A stretch of 63,696 nucleotides of DNA, filler included, from Choristocarpus tenellus KU-1152 (GCA_964200185.2; 13 parts of 13 records of this genome joined end to end with filler, not necessarily neighbours in it), one strand, 5' to 3'. Numbered from the whole stretch's first letter, positions 38,436 through 51,436 are shown. The notes: generated by a model not told the origin, from the letters alone. Numbers and translations: made by a program.

Positions 38436-40700
38436 CTTTTCTGACATGCTCCATTCCCCCTTGTCCCCCCATGCCTGAATCACCGCAACATAGGTCTGTG
38501 AGTTGGGATCAATTCCATCCTTCTTCATCATCTCAAAAACATTCAGAACGTCGTCTGCCCCGCTCTTGCCCTTCACTCCCATCACTGTCATCACAGCACT
38601 GACACACACAGTCGACAACCATCAGTCAAAAACCATCAACCATCGATCAACAAGGCCATTTTTGTCATTGACACACACACACACACACAAGGGAAATACA
38701 AACCTTCAGGCGGAGAAATGGACTGGAACTCGCAGTACTTCAAGACACTGTGTGACAACAAACCAGAGTAATACTAATAATGTTAATACTACCAATAATA
38801 ATAATAATAATAATAAATTTTGTAAAAAAAATAAAGCATGTGCATACCACGTGTAAACAAACAATAAAACATGAAGCTACAACTTTTTTTTTTCACAAAA
38901 AACAAAAAGAAAACTGTTGAGACTTTCCCATCCAAGTAAGGATCAAGCACAACCAATCACGCTTTTCCACCACGTGATGGACCAATCAAATCCAATTTGT
39001 GGCAAACTGAACAGTTCTCTTACGACAAACGAGTTAGTTGCCTGTTCCTGCGACAAAGCTGAGGTATGCATGTTAGGGGCACATCTTCACAAAACCAAAA
39101 CTTACATTCCTAGGAGAAAATTAACTCCTTCATTTGTAGCTCCCAAATCATGTGTGCCCATACATATTTCTGACGGTGGTATGCAACAAATCTTGCAACC
39201 CAGCAAAATGTCGACCAATCAAAATAAATACAGACTACTCTCTCATTTGTACAACTTGTACTCACAAGCACAAACCATCGGGGAGGGGATTCAACTCACT
39301 ATGATTGTACCGGGGATGATCATACTGCAAACACTCAATTGTACATGTATTGGATATCAGGAAGTGATATCAACAAACGCCTTGTACACAATAGGCAGAG
39401 GATGAATGGTACCGACTGATACGTGTATGGTTTAGTTTTCATACAAGGGTGAGTGGTGTAGTGTAATGTAAAAATAGATTGTACGCATGCAAGGGATACC
39501 ATTTACCAATATATCAAGCTCCATTCACTTGGAAAATAAAGAGCTACTCATGCAGGCATCGAACCTGGCAACCATACGATCGGGAAATGTTTCAGGTTCC
39601 AAATTACCACTGAGGCTTCTACTAGATAGGAAACAAGTAAAGAGGGATAATATAATTTATCCACTACACTTGGCTGAATACTACCAAGACGGAGCAATTA
39701 CCGAACCGAGTACTGACAAGACCAGTTACTGTCGAAGTGACAAAAGGTTTGCACTGCAAATCACAGGGTAAGATTTTAATTTCAACGTGGATTAGTGACA
39801 CAACACCAATACACAACAATCTCCTCTCAACACATCATCAAGTCACAAGGCACAAGTCAAGGATGTACCAAAAATCAGAGTATGTACGTCATACTTTAAC
39901 ATCGAGTTGCACTCAGCACATCATTTGTGGTACAAGATTCCTCCATAGAAATGATATAGAAATGATATAGAAATGCTACACACCATTGTCTCAAGATTCC
40001 TTCCAACCTCAACACTCAAAGCTCTTAGAACACTCTTCTCGTCTGCTTGCCTGTCCACCACGTTGTGTACTCTTTCACACAACCACAAAGGAAAAAACAA
40101 AAACACATTTCCTCACATACCACATACCACCCCCCTCCCACGCACACCACAACATCTTCTCAAGACTTGATTAAAATGTCATGTTCCATACATCAACAAA
40201 AACAAAAACTAAGTTTTGCCTACCTACCTGCCTGCCTGGCTTATCTATCTGTCTGTCACTCTCCTCGTCTTACTTATTTCCCACCTGTAACTAATCACAT
40301 CTGTCTGTAGCCCTAATTCACGCATCTCATACAATAGTTCAAGCGCTGTGTCTGCAATCCTAGACTTCTCCTCTGCACTCAACCCCTTCCCAGCAGTTGG
40401 CGACTTAGATGCCGATCTCCCCGCCCAGTTCGTGCCCCTGTCCTTGGAATCCTTTGGCTTGAGGGCATACACACAAGCCCCTATGGCCGTGTTGTAACAG
40501 ACCATGCAGTGAGGGATAGAGTCGATGCCATTCATGCGCTTGAGTAGTCTGATGGCTTCTTCCCATCGATCGGCTAGCTTGTGCACCTGCATCAAAGGAA
40601 ATATAAAAATTATAAGAGAAAAGCAAAGCACAAGCGATAAATGGACCAGGCAGGTTGCAAATGGGGAGGGGTATCCATTGTGAAGGTTGTGAGTGAGTCG

Positions 40701-40757
<57 letters not shown>

Positions 40758-42437
40758 CTAGCTATAACAACCTCTTTTTTTGCACCTCATTGAGTTTATT
40801 TTCCGTTTTTGAACACCATCAAGAAGAGCAAAGGAAAATTCTTTTGGAATTGGAAGCAAATAAAAAATGAAATAGAATCAATTGGTTGAAAAAATAAACA
40901 AATCAACACATTGAAAAATAGTACATCCCATGCCATCTCAGAACGAGAACATGTCCATGTAGTAGGAAAGTAACCAAAGAGCCAGCTGCCCGATTTGAAT
41001 TATTTTAGTACAAGCCACCCCAAACAAAATCACTATGTGATTGTGGACCATGCATCATAACCTTGGCGTGCTTCAAGAGGACAGGTTCAATACACTAACC
41101 GAAGAGCACATTTTCACGAGTATTTTTCACATAAAATGTAGGACTATCCATACCCTTAGGTGCTGGGAGTACCTTAGCATCTAGTTCGGACTCACACCAT
41201 GTACACCGGTCTCTTAACAGGGTTAAGAATTTAACCTTCAAAAATACCTTCTTCAGTTTTGTAGTATGGATATATTGAAAGGTATATTGAAATGCGGGTA
41301 AGAGCTATGCAGTAGGTAGATAGTGAAAATGTCAGCACAGTGAAAATAATGATACAATAATAATAAACAATAAATAACAAAAAGTGTTTTCATTTGAACA
41401 GAGAGTTTACAATAATTGTATCTTCATCCCCTCTGAAGTGGTTCAACTACAAGCAGTTCCAATCATAAAAATGAAAAAAGTGAATAATAATAACAATAAA
41501 AATAATGTTGTACATCCACTCTTCTCAATTCACACACACTACATATAATATTGATTGAACAGTCAACCAGCGACACTACTAGTACTACATACTATGTATA
41601 CAAAAAAAAAATGCATAAAAACAACAAACGATTATCTCCTCAATAAATACCAACACAATCATAAATAGAAAATAGTACTAAAACTAATATATAATAAATA
41701 GTACTAAAACCAATAATATAATAAATAGAAAATAGTACTAAAACTAATATATAATCAATAGAAAATAGTACTAAAACTAATACTATAATCAATAGAAAAT
41801 AGTACTAAAACTAGTACTATAATAAATAGAAAGTAGTACTAAAACCAATACTATAATTAATAGAAAGTAGTACTAAAACCAATACTATAATCAATAGAAA
41901 ATAGTACTAACCCTAATACTATAATAAAAACTCAGTCTCGGATGAACCAAATCACAAGAAGATCACCGACAATATAATCAACACAAGTCAATTCCTCCAG
42001 ACATAGATGAGAATCAAATCAACGCCTCCAATTGATCTGATCCATCACGTTTTTGTGTTAACTCCAGTCCAATCTAAATCGCGAGGTCATTTACGCCCCT
42101 CTTCAAGTCACTCGCCTTGTGCATTCCATGTACACAAATTTAGAAAATATTGAGTATATCATTAACGTTGCTATTATTCAATATTATTATTATTATTGTG
42201 TACACAAGAGACTATTCCTGAGCCCATCTAAGTCATTGATACCCACCCACCAAACCCTGTAAAACACAAAACCAAACACTTCTGTTAATTCATACAAAAC
42301 ACACACACACATACACTAGCACACAATTGCACGGAGAGTGATCCAGACGCACGTTCATGGTGGCGCTGTAGGTAAAAGCATCGCACACCACTCCGCTCCT
42401 CTCCATCTCTGACATCAGTGCTTCCGCCTCCATCCAC
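38436..42437 (-). CDS. Pentatricopeptide-repeat (PPR) protein, exons 42437-42353, 40586-40285, 38598-38436 (partial)
   Basis: MERSGVVCDAFTYSATMN|VHKLADRWEEAIRLLKRM...CYNTAIGAC...MRELGLQTDVISYS|AVM...MKKDGIDPNSQTYVAVIQAW; phases match across GT-AG introns. Confidence 0.93.
41661..41925. repeat. AT-rich minisatellite, ~32-33-bp unit, ~8 copies, in a PPR intron
   Basis: AATAGAAAATAGTACTAAAAC(T/C)AATACTATA repeated. Confidence 0.9.
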
Positions 42438-43684
42438 CTGCAGTACCAACCAAATATACAGCAAACTGTTTACCAACAACTACCATTAAAATGTATATAT
42501 ATATATATATATATTTTTTTAAACAATGACAAAAATAAAAATATTTATTTTATGACACCATTCATTAATTGAAGTAACGAACTGCACCTACAAAAAATAA
42601 TAAAAATTCTGATGTCACTTCCTCAACAGTCAAAGGTTCTAAAGGTTCTCACACAAACAAGGGTCGCCGTCCAAGACACCCCACCCCACACTGGTCTTGT
42701 TGACCCTTTTCACTTGTTGCTTGTCCCTTCCCGCCATCCATCTCTCTACAAACACTGCCAGTAATGCAGTCCGTTCACCCTTGCGCATTCCACTTTCAGA
42801 TGCTTTAGTAGGAGGGTCGTTTCTATATATGCATTTATTATATTATATATGTATAGTATGTATTATGTAAATATTTTAACAGCAGAAAACAGGATCGCTC
42901 CGGCCTGTAACAAACACCACCACACACCCAAAACCTGTCAGGCGTTGTCAACAAAAATTAAAAAAGGGACAACTAAAAAATCTATGCTTCAATCAAAATA
43001 AAAAATATTTTTGGGCAGTGCTGGACAGCACGAGCAGTCTAAGAATGGAGTAGTAAGAAATGGAATGGTAAGAAATGGAGTAGTAGTAATCTCCCCCGTG
43101 TTCCTATTTTATTATTATTATGATATCTTTATTATTATTATTATTATTACTTGAAGTAGAAAACGAGACGCTTCCGATAGCCTAGACACATTTAAATTTT
43201 ACACTCCCTGTAAAAGACACATCCTCAAAAAAAAAAGGATCGATTATATTCATTATATTTACTGCATTGCTGTGAAAAAAAAAAACTGTCTTGGGTTGCG
43301 TGCGCGTCCCTTCCCCTCATTTTCAACAGACTAAAGGAATGAACGTGTATGTATGTATGTATGTATGTATGTAGGAAAGGTAAGGTAAGGTCTCTTTCGT
43401 TGCAAACTTGCTTATAAATTATTTTTATTAGCAGTACTAAGAAAAACAAGAAAGCATACAATTTCATCGTAAAAATAAAATTGTTCAATTTACGCCTGAA
43501 GTACTTTTTTTTAATTTCCTGAAGGGGGGGGGGGGGGGGGGAAAGAAAAAAAAAACAAAACAAATAAATACACAAAAAAAAAAANNNNNNNNNNNNNNNN
43601 NNNNNNNNNNNNNNNNNNNNNNNNNNNNTTAATTAATTAANNNNNNNNNNNNNNNNNNNNNNNNNNNNNNNNNNNNNNNNNNNN

Positions 43685-43811
43685 ATAACATATATATTTT
43701 ACTACTCCAAAACATTTTGGAGTAGATTAAATGTCATTAAAAGCCCGTGGGAAGCCAAGCCCCAAATGGACAAACAGGGAAAAACTCGTACCCTCTAAGA
43801 TACTTTCACTC
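43685..43811 (+). mobile_element. MITE family A, right half at contig start
   Basis: Central hairpin plus ...CGTACCCTCTAAGATACTTTCACTC. Confidence 0.88.
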
Positions 43812-44153
43812 TTTAAGCTCGCCATGGAGGGGTGGGGTCATTATCTGGCGAGGGTGGTGTTTGTGTGGTTGATGAGGGTGGCAATGGGTGAGTGTGTTGT
43901 GCAGTGAGGGCATGTAAAAAGGTGGTTTGCATCTTCACAGAGCCTGACCGCGTAGGTGGGGTGGAGTGAACAACCACAAGGTAGGGTGCCCTGATGGTCC
44001 AGGAAGAGCGGCTCTAGGCAGCCTCGGAAGGGAGGGAATGAAGGGGAAGGGGCAGGTGGGTGAGGGCATGGGATGGAGAGTAGGCGAAAGTGTGGGATGG
44101 TGAAAGGGGTAGAGGACGATGTGTGCGGATGGATTCAAGCACGGCTTCAATCC

Positions 44154-44642
44154 TCACACTCCTCTCATGGCAGCATGATAGAATTCTGGTATTGACGGGG
44201 TGCGGCAGGTGGGCCACGGGATGGGCTGTTGGGGCCAGGCGCAGAGGTAAAGGGCCGAGGCACAGCCCAGGTCGAGGGTGTGTGGACAGGTGAAGGGGAA
44301 TACTGGCAATTGTATCTGGGAGATGCAGATAGGGCAAGGTTCTGGTGTGAGATGGCGTGGTTGCTGAGGTGGGCGTGGGTTAAGGTCACCAGTAGGAGAG
44401 GCAGGCCGCTGGGTCCTAGTGATACCTCCTCTCGCTGTCTCTCCTGTCTCCTCCTCACCCCGTTTGGGGGGGGGCGACCTGCTCTCCTCATCCTGTTCAA
44501 CCTGCCCGTCTATTCTTGCAGTGACCCTGTGTCCTCTATCGTCGTTCGTTCCTCTCCCTTGCCTGTCCTGTGTACTGTTGTTGCCTTCCTCCATCACCTC
44601 CCCAGCTCCATCCCCTTCTTGTGTAAACACTATATTCTCCAA
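44154..44642 (-). pseudogene. ORF with degenerate C3HC4 RING finger followed by a Pro-rich tract
   Basis: CPIC-x12-CPH-x2-D-x2-C...WPTCR, two ligands substituted; the frame continues past a TGA; intronless and flanked by TEs. Confidence 0.45.
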
Positions 44643-44946
44643 TTTATATGGAAAATATGTTTGTCTGTTCTCATACTCTTATTCCTGTATGAGAATACTG
44701 ACATTTCGTTGAAGGTTCCTTTGCTACAGGCGAAGAGCATAAGCATTTCTTCCCGCGCTTTAACCAGCATGAGCAGTGTACGCATGTGTGGAGCCCCAAA
44801 AGGGGGAACTCCGATTTGCTAAAGGTTACAGAGTAAGATGTGTAACTTGGGAATATATGCAATGGTTCTGAGATGTGTTTCAACGTCTGCTAACTGAAAT
44901 GAAAATAAAAAGGTAAATGATGACAAGAGACCGAAACGGCTCACTT

Positions 44947-45591
44947 GAGTGAAAGTATCTTAATTGGTACGAGTTTTTTCCTGTTTGTCTGTTTGGGGCT
45001 TGGCTTCCTACGAGTTTTTTTATGACATTTTCCTGTTTCGAAATGTTTTGGAGTGGGGAGAATGTATACATTATGAAAAGACGTGTCCGGTGTTGAAACC
45101 TGAATCGACCGTTTGCAGAGTGAGGGTGTATGGTGAAAGATATGAATGGCAGTCACGAAATAAATAAAAATCAATAATCAACGTACAACTGTCATCTTCT
45201 GCTGAAAAGAAGAGTGAAAGAGAAACAATCAACAGAACAACAGAACAAACTTTAACCATTATGTGATGCAACTCAAGTGACGTATACTATTTCTGCATGT
45301 GGGACGCATAGCGATTGTTCTGTACTACGGTGTTCTGATGGTAATTGGTGTGGTGATGATGAACTAATGGCAGCAACATCCAGAGCATAACAGACCAATC
45401 AACAGTCAGTGTTGACTGGTGGAACTGTATCCTATCAACGAACAAACAGATGAGTAGCCTATGTGTTAACATCCGGAACAAGGATATTGACACTTCCTAT
45501 CAAACACGATAGCCAGAACTACATCAAAATCGGAACATTGGATTTTTGCCCCTAAACAGACGTGGCTCTATCCTCTAAGATACTTTGACTC
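44947..45591 (-). mobile_element. MITE family A interrupted by a solo LTR
   Basis: Both halves join at TCCGG once 45091-45476 is removed; no intact TSD. Confidence 0.88.
45091..45471. mobile_element. Solo LTR (381 bp), 5-bp TSD TCCGG
   Basis: TCCGG|TGTTG ... TAACA|TCCGG; contains AATAAA. Confidence 0.85.
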
Positions 45592-46520
45592 CTCAACTGA
45601 TACCAATTCTCATATTCATGCTTATTGATTCATAAGAGTACCCTTATCGACTGACCTGATATCGCTCATCCTCGATGGACCTTTTGAATGCCGGAGTATC
45701 CCAGGAGTCCTGTACAAGCATCAGTGTCATCTATAGGCCTGCGGATCGGAGCTATATTCAGTGGAGGAAAGCCTTTGGAGCGTGCAGTATCATGGAGGTC
45801 CTACCTTGTCTCTTCAAACTGGAGAGAATACTCAGTATTCACCTCAGCACTTAGGGTTCTTGGTAACTCCGCACTATGGCCTGGATTTTCTTCTGCTTGG
45901 TTTCATCGTCTCCTTGGATGGTCTTGGAGCACTTTCAAGGTCTACTGGACTTTCTTCTGCTTGATTTTGTCGTCTCCTTGGATGGTCTTGAAGCGCTTTC
46001 GCCATCTCCTAACTTGGAGGAAAGGACTGGCATGATGGCATCTGTGGCTCCAAGGGAGGTACCATACACCTCTAATCGTAAACGAGTGGTCTCTGACTGC
46101 CGTGGTATAGACGTTGCTTAGGAAGCTATTTCTCACCATTCATACACTCACATTCCCGATTGTTGTGTCACGTTCTTTTATTTCCCCAGGTACGCAGACA
46201 TGTGGGCCTCACAGAGTGCGCAGGAAATTGAAGTCATGCCTAATGCAAAGGTTCCGCCGGGAATTAGTGATTCGGAAAGGTTCCAGCCCAGGGCCCCACT
46301 TCGCGAGAGTTCCTGCAACAGCTGTGATGGTTCAACACGTTCATGCATCTCGTCCACGCAGTGATAACTTAACCCCTTTCCGCATCGAGTTCCTCTAACA
46401 ACTCTTGTCTGAATCTCTTAGGACACACAGTGATCTTCTGAGTGACTCGTGCACTATAGAAGTTTTGAGCATTGCAAGGCATCTCTTACAGGTTCCTTGA
46501 GATGACATAACGTCAAATGA

Positions 46521-47900
46521 GTGGGTCCGCATTTTGGTGAGAGAATTCACTCTTTCATATATGGCCAGTCGAAAAACTCAATAAAGATTGCCTTGAGTTA
46601 TTTGAAGACAGCGAAAGGAGAGACGTGGAAGGCTACAGCCAAACGCCTATTTTTGCAATATCGAGCGTATACTATGGACTCCCGGATACCTCGTACATAT
46701 GATGAAGCTCATTTTTCGGGGGGGAAATATAAGTGAATCAACTCATTGATTTGTGTGAAATGAACCTTCCCAACTCTCCTCCCTAATGTCCTAGACCAAA
46801 TCGGAGTCCAGAATATGGCATTTTCATTTTACAAAGAAATTAGAAGCCAAATTCGTTCACGAGCAATTTCGCAGAATATCCTTTGGGGAACGAAATGGTG
46901 AACCAAGGAATCAAAGCAGAACAGATCTTTGATGATCTCATACAGGAATTATCCAAATGAAGCAACCAATGTGCATGTGTCCCAATCAATCCCAACGCTA
47001 CAACATCTACATCGTGCAAAGATAAGACTCACACTGCTTTGGTTAGCATGGCAAATGCGCGTGCTATGTTTGCTAGCATATCACACCCTTCTGCCATCTC
47101 AGCCGAAACCCGGATCGGCAAGCAGGAACTGGGACTACCTCGCCAGAACAGGGCATCCAAGCACGAAGAGGTAACAAGCCAAATTTCACTGTCACACCAC
47201 GAGGTTGTCAACAGTGTACTGGCAGCCCTCATGCCAATGCTTCAACCTGTTTTAACCCAGAACTCCTTGCCCGCTGTTTGTGCTTCCTTAAAAAACCAAT
47301 CTGCCTCTGTTCTTGGGAAGCATGGGACCTCATTCGTTCCAAAAAGCAATGCGTCAAATCCCGTTCAACCAGTCACATCCATTCCCCAGCCTGTGCTTCG
47401 ATCCCCACTTTCCTTAGCCACAGACAAGGCAAGCGATACAAGTCGACACCATTGGGGCAAAGACTTACCTCCATCATTTGCCTCCCAGGACGAAGTCGAT
47501 ATATGGCTAAAGGCGCATTGAGTTTGCTTTCATCATGCCTACGGTCAAAACTGCTTCAGTTCCATACGCGGCGCGTGCAGGTACACATACGACGACTCGG
47601 TAGTTCCCAAGTGATATTTCTCGTGTCTTTCGAGAACCCACCAGGGATCTCCAGGTGCTGCATCCACTGAAGAGTCGCGTACGATGGTAGCCTTAACAGA
47701 TACGCATCTCCAATATCTAGCAGCGATGCAAGACTCGGAACTCTCCCTCCACTATTCGCAAGAGGCCCAACCGATCCGGACGTTTCAGAGTCGTCTTGAA
47801 GCTGCGCCCTGGAGTCTGAGGCCCCAGGGATCCCTGTCAATTCAATTATAGACAGCAATACTCCCATTCCCAACTCGATAGTATTCGTTACCTAAATGCA
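46521..47900 (+). pseudogene. Possible decayed gag-like ORF
   Basis: Intronless broken frames ending in CFHHAYGQNC....GACRYTY (CCCH-like); TE-rich contig; no firm family match. Confidence 0.3.
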
Positions 47901-48106
47901 ACTCCGCAGGAGGCAGTAGTCTGTATTTTTTGTACTGTCAGGGACAGGTTCCTTTTTTGGGATCTCCGACACACACACTTGTGCAAAAGACGCGCGGTCA
48001 TATACAATTGCGCGCGCCAACCACGTCATTTGAGTTCACCTATAACCAGTCCAATAAACCAACCACAGCCATAAGATCCGGATTTCACCAAACAGCCAAA
48101 GTGGAC

Positions 48107-48364
48107 GAGCGAAAGTATCTTAGAGGGTAGAGCCGCGTCCGTTTGGGGGTCAAAATCCAATTTTCCGATTTTGAAGTAATTTTGACTATCGTGATTGTTA
48201 GCAAGTGTCAATATCCTTGTTCCGGACAGACCTTTCCATAACATGTACAATTTACTTACTCCGAAACATTTCGGAGTAGGAAAATGTCATAATAATCTCA
48301 TGAGAAGCCAAGCCCCAAGCAAACGAACAGGGCAAAACTCCTACCCTCTAAGATACTTTCACTC
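48107..48364 (+). mobile_element. MITE family A, full length, TSD GGAC
   Basis: GGAC|GAGCGAAAGTATCTTAGAGGGTA ... TACCCTCTAAGATACTTTCACTC|GGAC. Confidence 0.95.
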
Positions 48365-48719
48365 GGACTGTCAGAACGAAGAACCATTCCGATCCTGACT
48401 GATCCATTTCTTTGCTGTGACGTTCCTCAGTCATTGAGGAAAATCTGTTGTGTTTTGAGGTTTTCGCTATGTTCTGGATTTCCTCATCTGTTCTGAGATG
48501 TTGGGCCAAGACCTTTGAAACTCGGTCTCACCCTGTGAGGTGGAAGAGTTCACTCTGGTGATTGTGATTGCCACCTTGAGCAGAGAACTTGGCACCTTTG
48601 ACACTTACAAGATACTCACNNNNNNNNNNNNNNNNNNNNNNNNNNNNNNNNNNNNNNNNNNNNTTAATTAATTAANNNNNNNNNNNNNNNNNNNNNNNNN
48701 NNNNNNNNNNNNNNNNNNN

Positions 48720-48925
48720 AATGTTGTGATTTTGATGTAATTTTGACTACCATGTTCGTTAGGAAGTTTCAATATCCTTGTTCCGGACACACCTTTTCAT
48801 AACGTATACATTTTAATCCCCGAAACATTTCAGAGTAGGTAAAATATCCTAAGAAACCCCAAGGGAAGTCAAGCCCCAAATGGACAAACAGGGCAAATAT
48901 CGTACCCTCTAAGATACTTTCACGC
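48720..48925 (+). mobile_element. MITE family A (left end lost at contig start) abutting Copia RT
   Basis: Ends ...TACCCTCTAAGATACTTTCACGC directly before the Copia coding sequence. Confidence 0.88.
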
Positions 48926-49959
48926 ATGTACCTCTCTGCCAGACACGACAACAGGGAGGAACTGAATCCCGCCATCTACCCCTACGCCAGCATTCTTGGC
49001 CAACTCATGTTTCTAGCAGACATGACTCGCCCGGACCTGGCCAATAGCGTTCGTGAACTGGGGTGCAGGGCGGCATCTCCATGCATGCGGCACTGGCACA
49101 GACTGCAACACGTTCTGTGCTACGTAGCAGGGGCACTGGACGTCTGCGTTCACCATGGTCGGGGGACTGGCAATATGGATGGAGAGGACGGAAAGCTCTT
49201 GGTGGGGTATGGGGATTCCGACTGGGGCACCAATTCTCAAACGCACAGGAGTATCATGGGCTACCTACTATTGTTCAACGGATCGCCGATCACCTGGCGC
49301 TCCAAGATTCAAGGCGCCGTCAACCTCTCCAGCTCAGAGGCAGAGTGGACGGCAATGGCATACGACATGTGCCACTGCATTTTCCTTTGAGGCATTCTGG
49401 GGGAGATTGATGAACTGCAGGACCAGACTCCCTGGTTCTGTGACAACCGTGGTGCTATCCAGGCGGGCAGCATCGCAGGTTTCAATGCTGAGAATAAAGC
49501 ACGTGGACATGAAGTTGGAGTGCACCAGAGAATATGTGGATCAGGGTCTGTTCCACGTAGAATACGTTCCAACATCAAAACAGCTGGCCGACATTTTGAC
49601 CAAGTCTTTGCGCAAGAACTTTACTTCTGATTTTGTGCATTCTGTGCTTTCGCGTCGGGGGTGAGCTTTGTCAGCAACTTTGCCACACTCTCATGGGGGA
49701 GTGTGCAATATAGGCTGTTAGTCTGTAGGTTAGGAGTCATGGGTTCGAGTCTCGATGGGCTCGTTCGTTTCTTTTTGGTTTGCTAGAAGTGGCTGACGCA
49801 ACTACGACTGATGCAGAACGACTGACAAAGAATGACTGACGCAGTGCGACTGACACAGATACATTCTGACATTTCTGCTGACGTGTGCAGTAGGTAACGA
49901 GGCAGGGCACCCCCCCTCGAGGGATGGTGCTAACTCCACTAATTAATTCATCCATACCA
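48926..49959 (+). mobile_element. Ty1/Copia relic: RT C-terminus, RNase H, PPT and probable 3' LTR (49702-~49959)
   Basis: YASILGQLMFL...TRPDLA, GYGDSDW, SSSEAEW, CDNRGAI, KHVD, QLADILTK; one stop and one frameshift; GGGGGAG tract followed by TGTG...; LTR end at CA ~49959 is tentative. Confidence 0.93.
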
Positions 49960-50594
49960 CCTAAAGCAAAAACTCTATTTGAACAGCTCTTTTGTAACCC
50001 TCTGTGTACTTTATATTTTTATGCCCTCTGACATTTTGTAGATGTGTGAGGGGGAAACCAATGAAACTATACGCATGTCAGTATAAGCCCTAAAGAAATA
50101 AAATGTCATAAATGTGAAAAAGGGAAACTTTAAGAAGAAATCTGAGTTTTGTGGGCGGAAGAAATTCTGGTTGGTTGGGGGCACAGGAGAAGGGAAGTGG
50201 CAAAGAGAAAAATAAGAAGTAAACAGGAAGGGAACGAATAGTTAGGGATTGACTGGCTAGAGAGAGGGGAGAGAAGTTGAAGAAATGGGTGGTAGGTGGA
50301 AGGAGAGGGGAGAATGGAAGGGTCAGTATTGAAAAGATTGCTGAGGGCTAAGAGTACAAGATGAGGAGGGCGAGAATAAGACAACCTCTAAGCAAGCGTC
50401 CCCGCCCACCCGCCCTGATGCTTGCTCACGATCGATAGGGATGCAGGGAGGGAGGAGAGGTCAAGTTCGGGCGGGGTAAACGTCTTCTAGCTCAAAGGCA
50501 CGATATGAAGTGGATGATGAAGGGGTGTTCTTGGATGATTGTGGAGTGGTGTTGAGTGGAGTGGTAACTTGTGTGGGGTTGAAGGGTAGGGGAT

Positions 50595-50920
50595 GTGACT
50601 GGAAATCAGTGGCGAAGGGGTCGCACTGGTTGGTCATCAGATGTGGGGGGCGACTGGAAATCAGTGGCAAATGAGGTTCGCCCTGGTTGGTCATCAGATG
50701 GGGTGTGTGACTGGAAATCAGTGACGAAGTGGGTTCGCACTGGTTGGTCATTAGATATGGGGGGTGAGTGGAAATCAGTGGCGAAGGGGGTTTGCACTGG
50801 TTGGTCATCAGATGTGGGGGGTGACTGGAAATCAGTGGTGAAGGGGGTTCGCCCTGGTGGGTCATCAGAGGTGGGCGTTGGCTGGAAATCAGTGGCGAAA
50901 GGGGGTCGCATTGGTTGGCC
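50595..50920. repeat. 57-bp minisatellite, ~5.7 copies
   Basis: GTGACTGGAAATCAGTGGCGAAGGGG..CGCACTGGTTGGTCATCAGATGTGGGGG unit. Confidence 0.93.
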
Positions 50921-51036
50921 TTCGCAAAGGGGGGGGAGGATGGCAAGGCAGTGGTGAAGAGGTAGCACTGGGTGGTCATAAGTGGGGTTACAATGGGGAG
51001 AAAAAGGGGAATGATTGGAATGCAAACAGAGAATTA

Positions 51037-51436
51037 AGAATAATAATAATCCAGAATTCGTGAGCAAAACAAACGCTAATCTATTTGTTACTTCATTATC
51101 TGTGTTGTACTACTGCCTTCCTTCTCCAATCTACCTATACCTGTACTTCTTCCAATCTACGGTGGAAGGAACTAGGGAGGCATCCCAAGAATCCAATAAA
51201 CCCCTCCGTGCCCATCTCCCTGGTGACTCCAGCTTAAAACGCATGACATGTCTAGACGGTGCCCCTTGCGTAGTTACTGAGACAATTTGGCGTAGCCGAG
51301 ATTTAACCACTCCTTTCTTGCTATATCCTTCGGTTCCTCTCCCCCCTACCATGTGAGTAGCCAGCTCATCCAGGAAGTATTCCGCTTGCTTGCCGAGGTG
51401 CCCAAAACTTTCCGCAAAGGTGTTGAGGTTATAACT
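51037..51436 (-). mobile_element. 3' end of an RLE-type (CRE/R2-like) non-LTR retrotransposon
   Basis: YNLNTFAESFGHLGKQAEYFLDELA...RLRQIVSVTTQ..SR resembles the C-terminal end of RLE endonuclease; (ATT)n tail on the minus strand. Confidence 0.7.

Noticed and set aside
50595-50920. CUGAUGA...GAA in each 57-mer on the minus strand as a hammerhead ribozyme
   Set aside because: No GAAA core and no stem II pairing.
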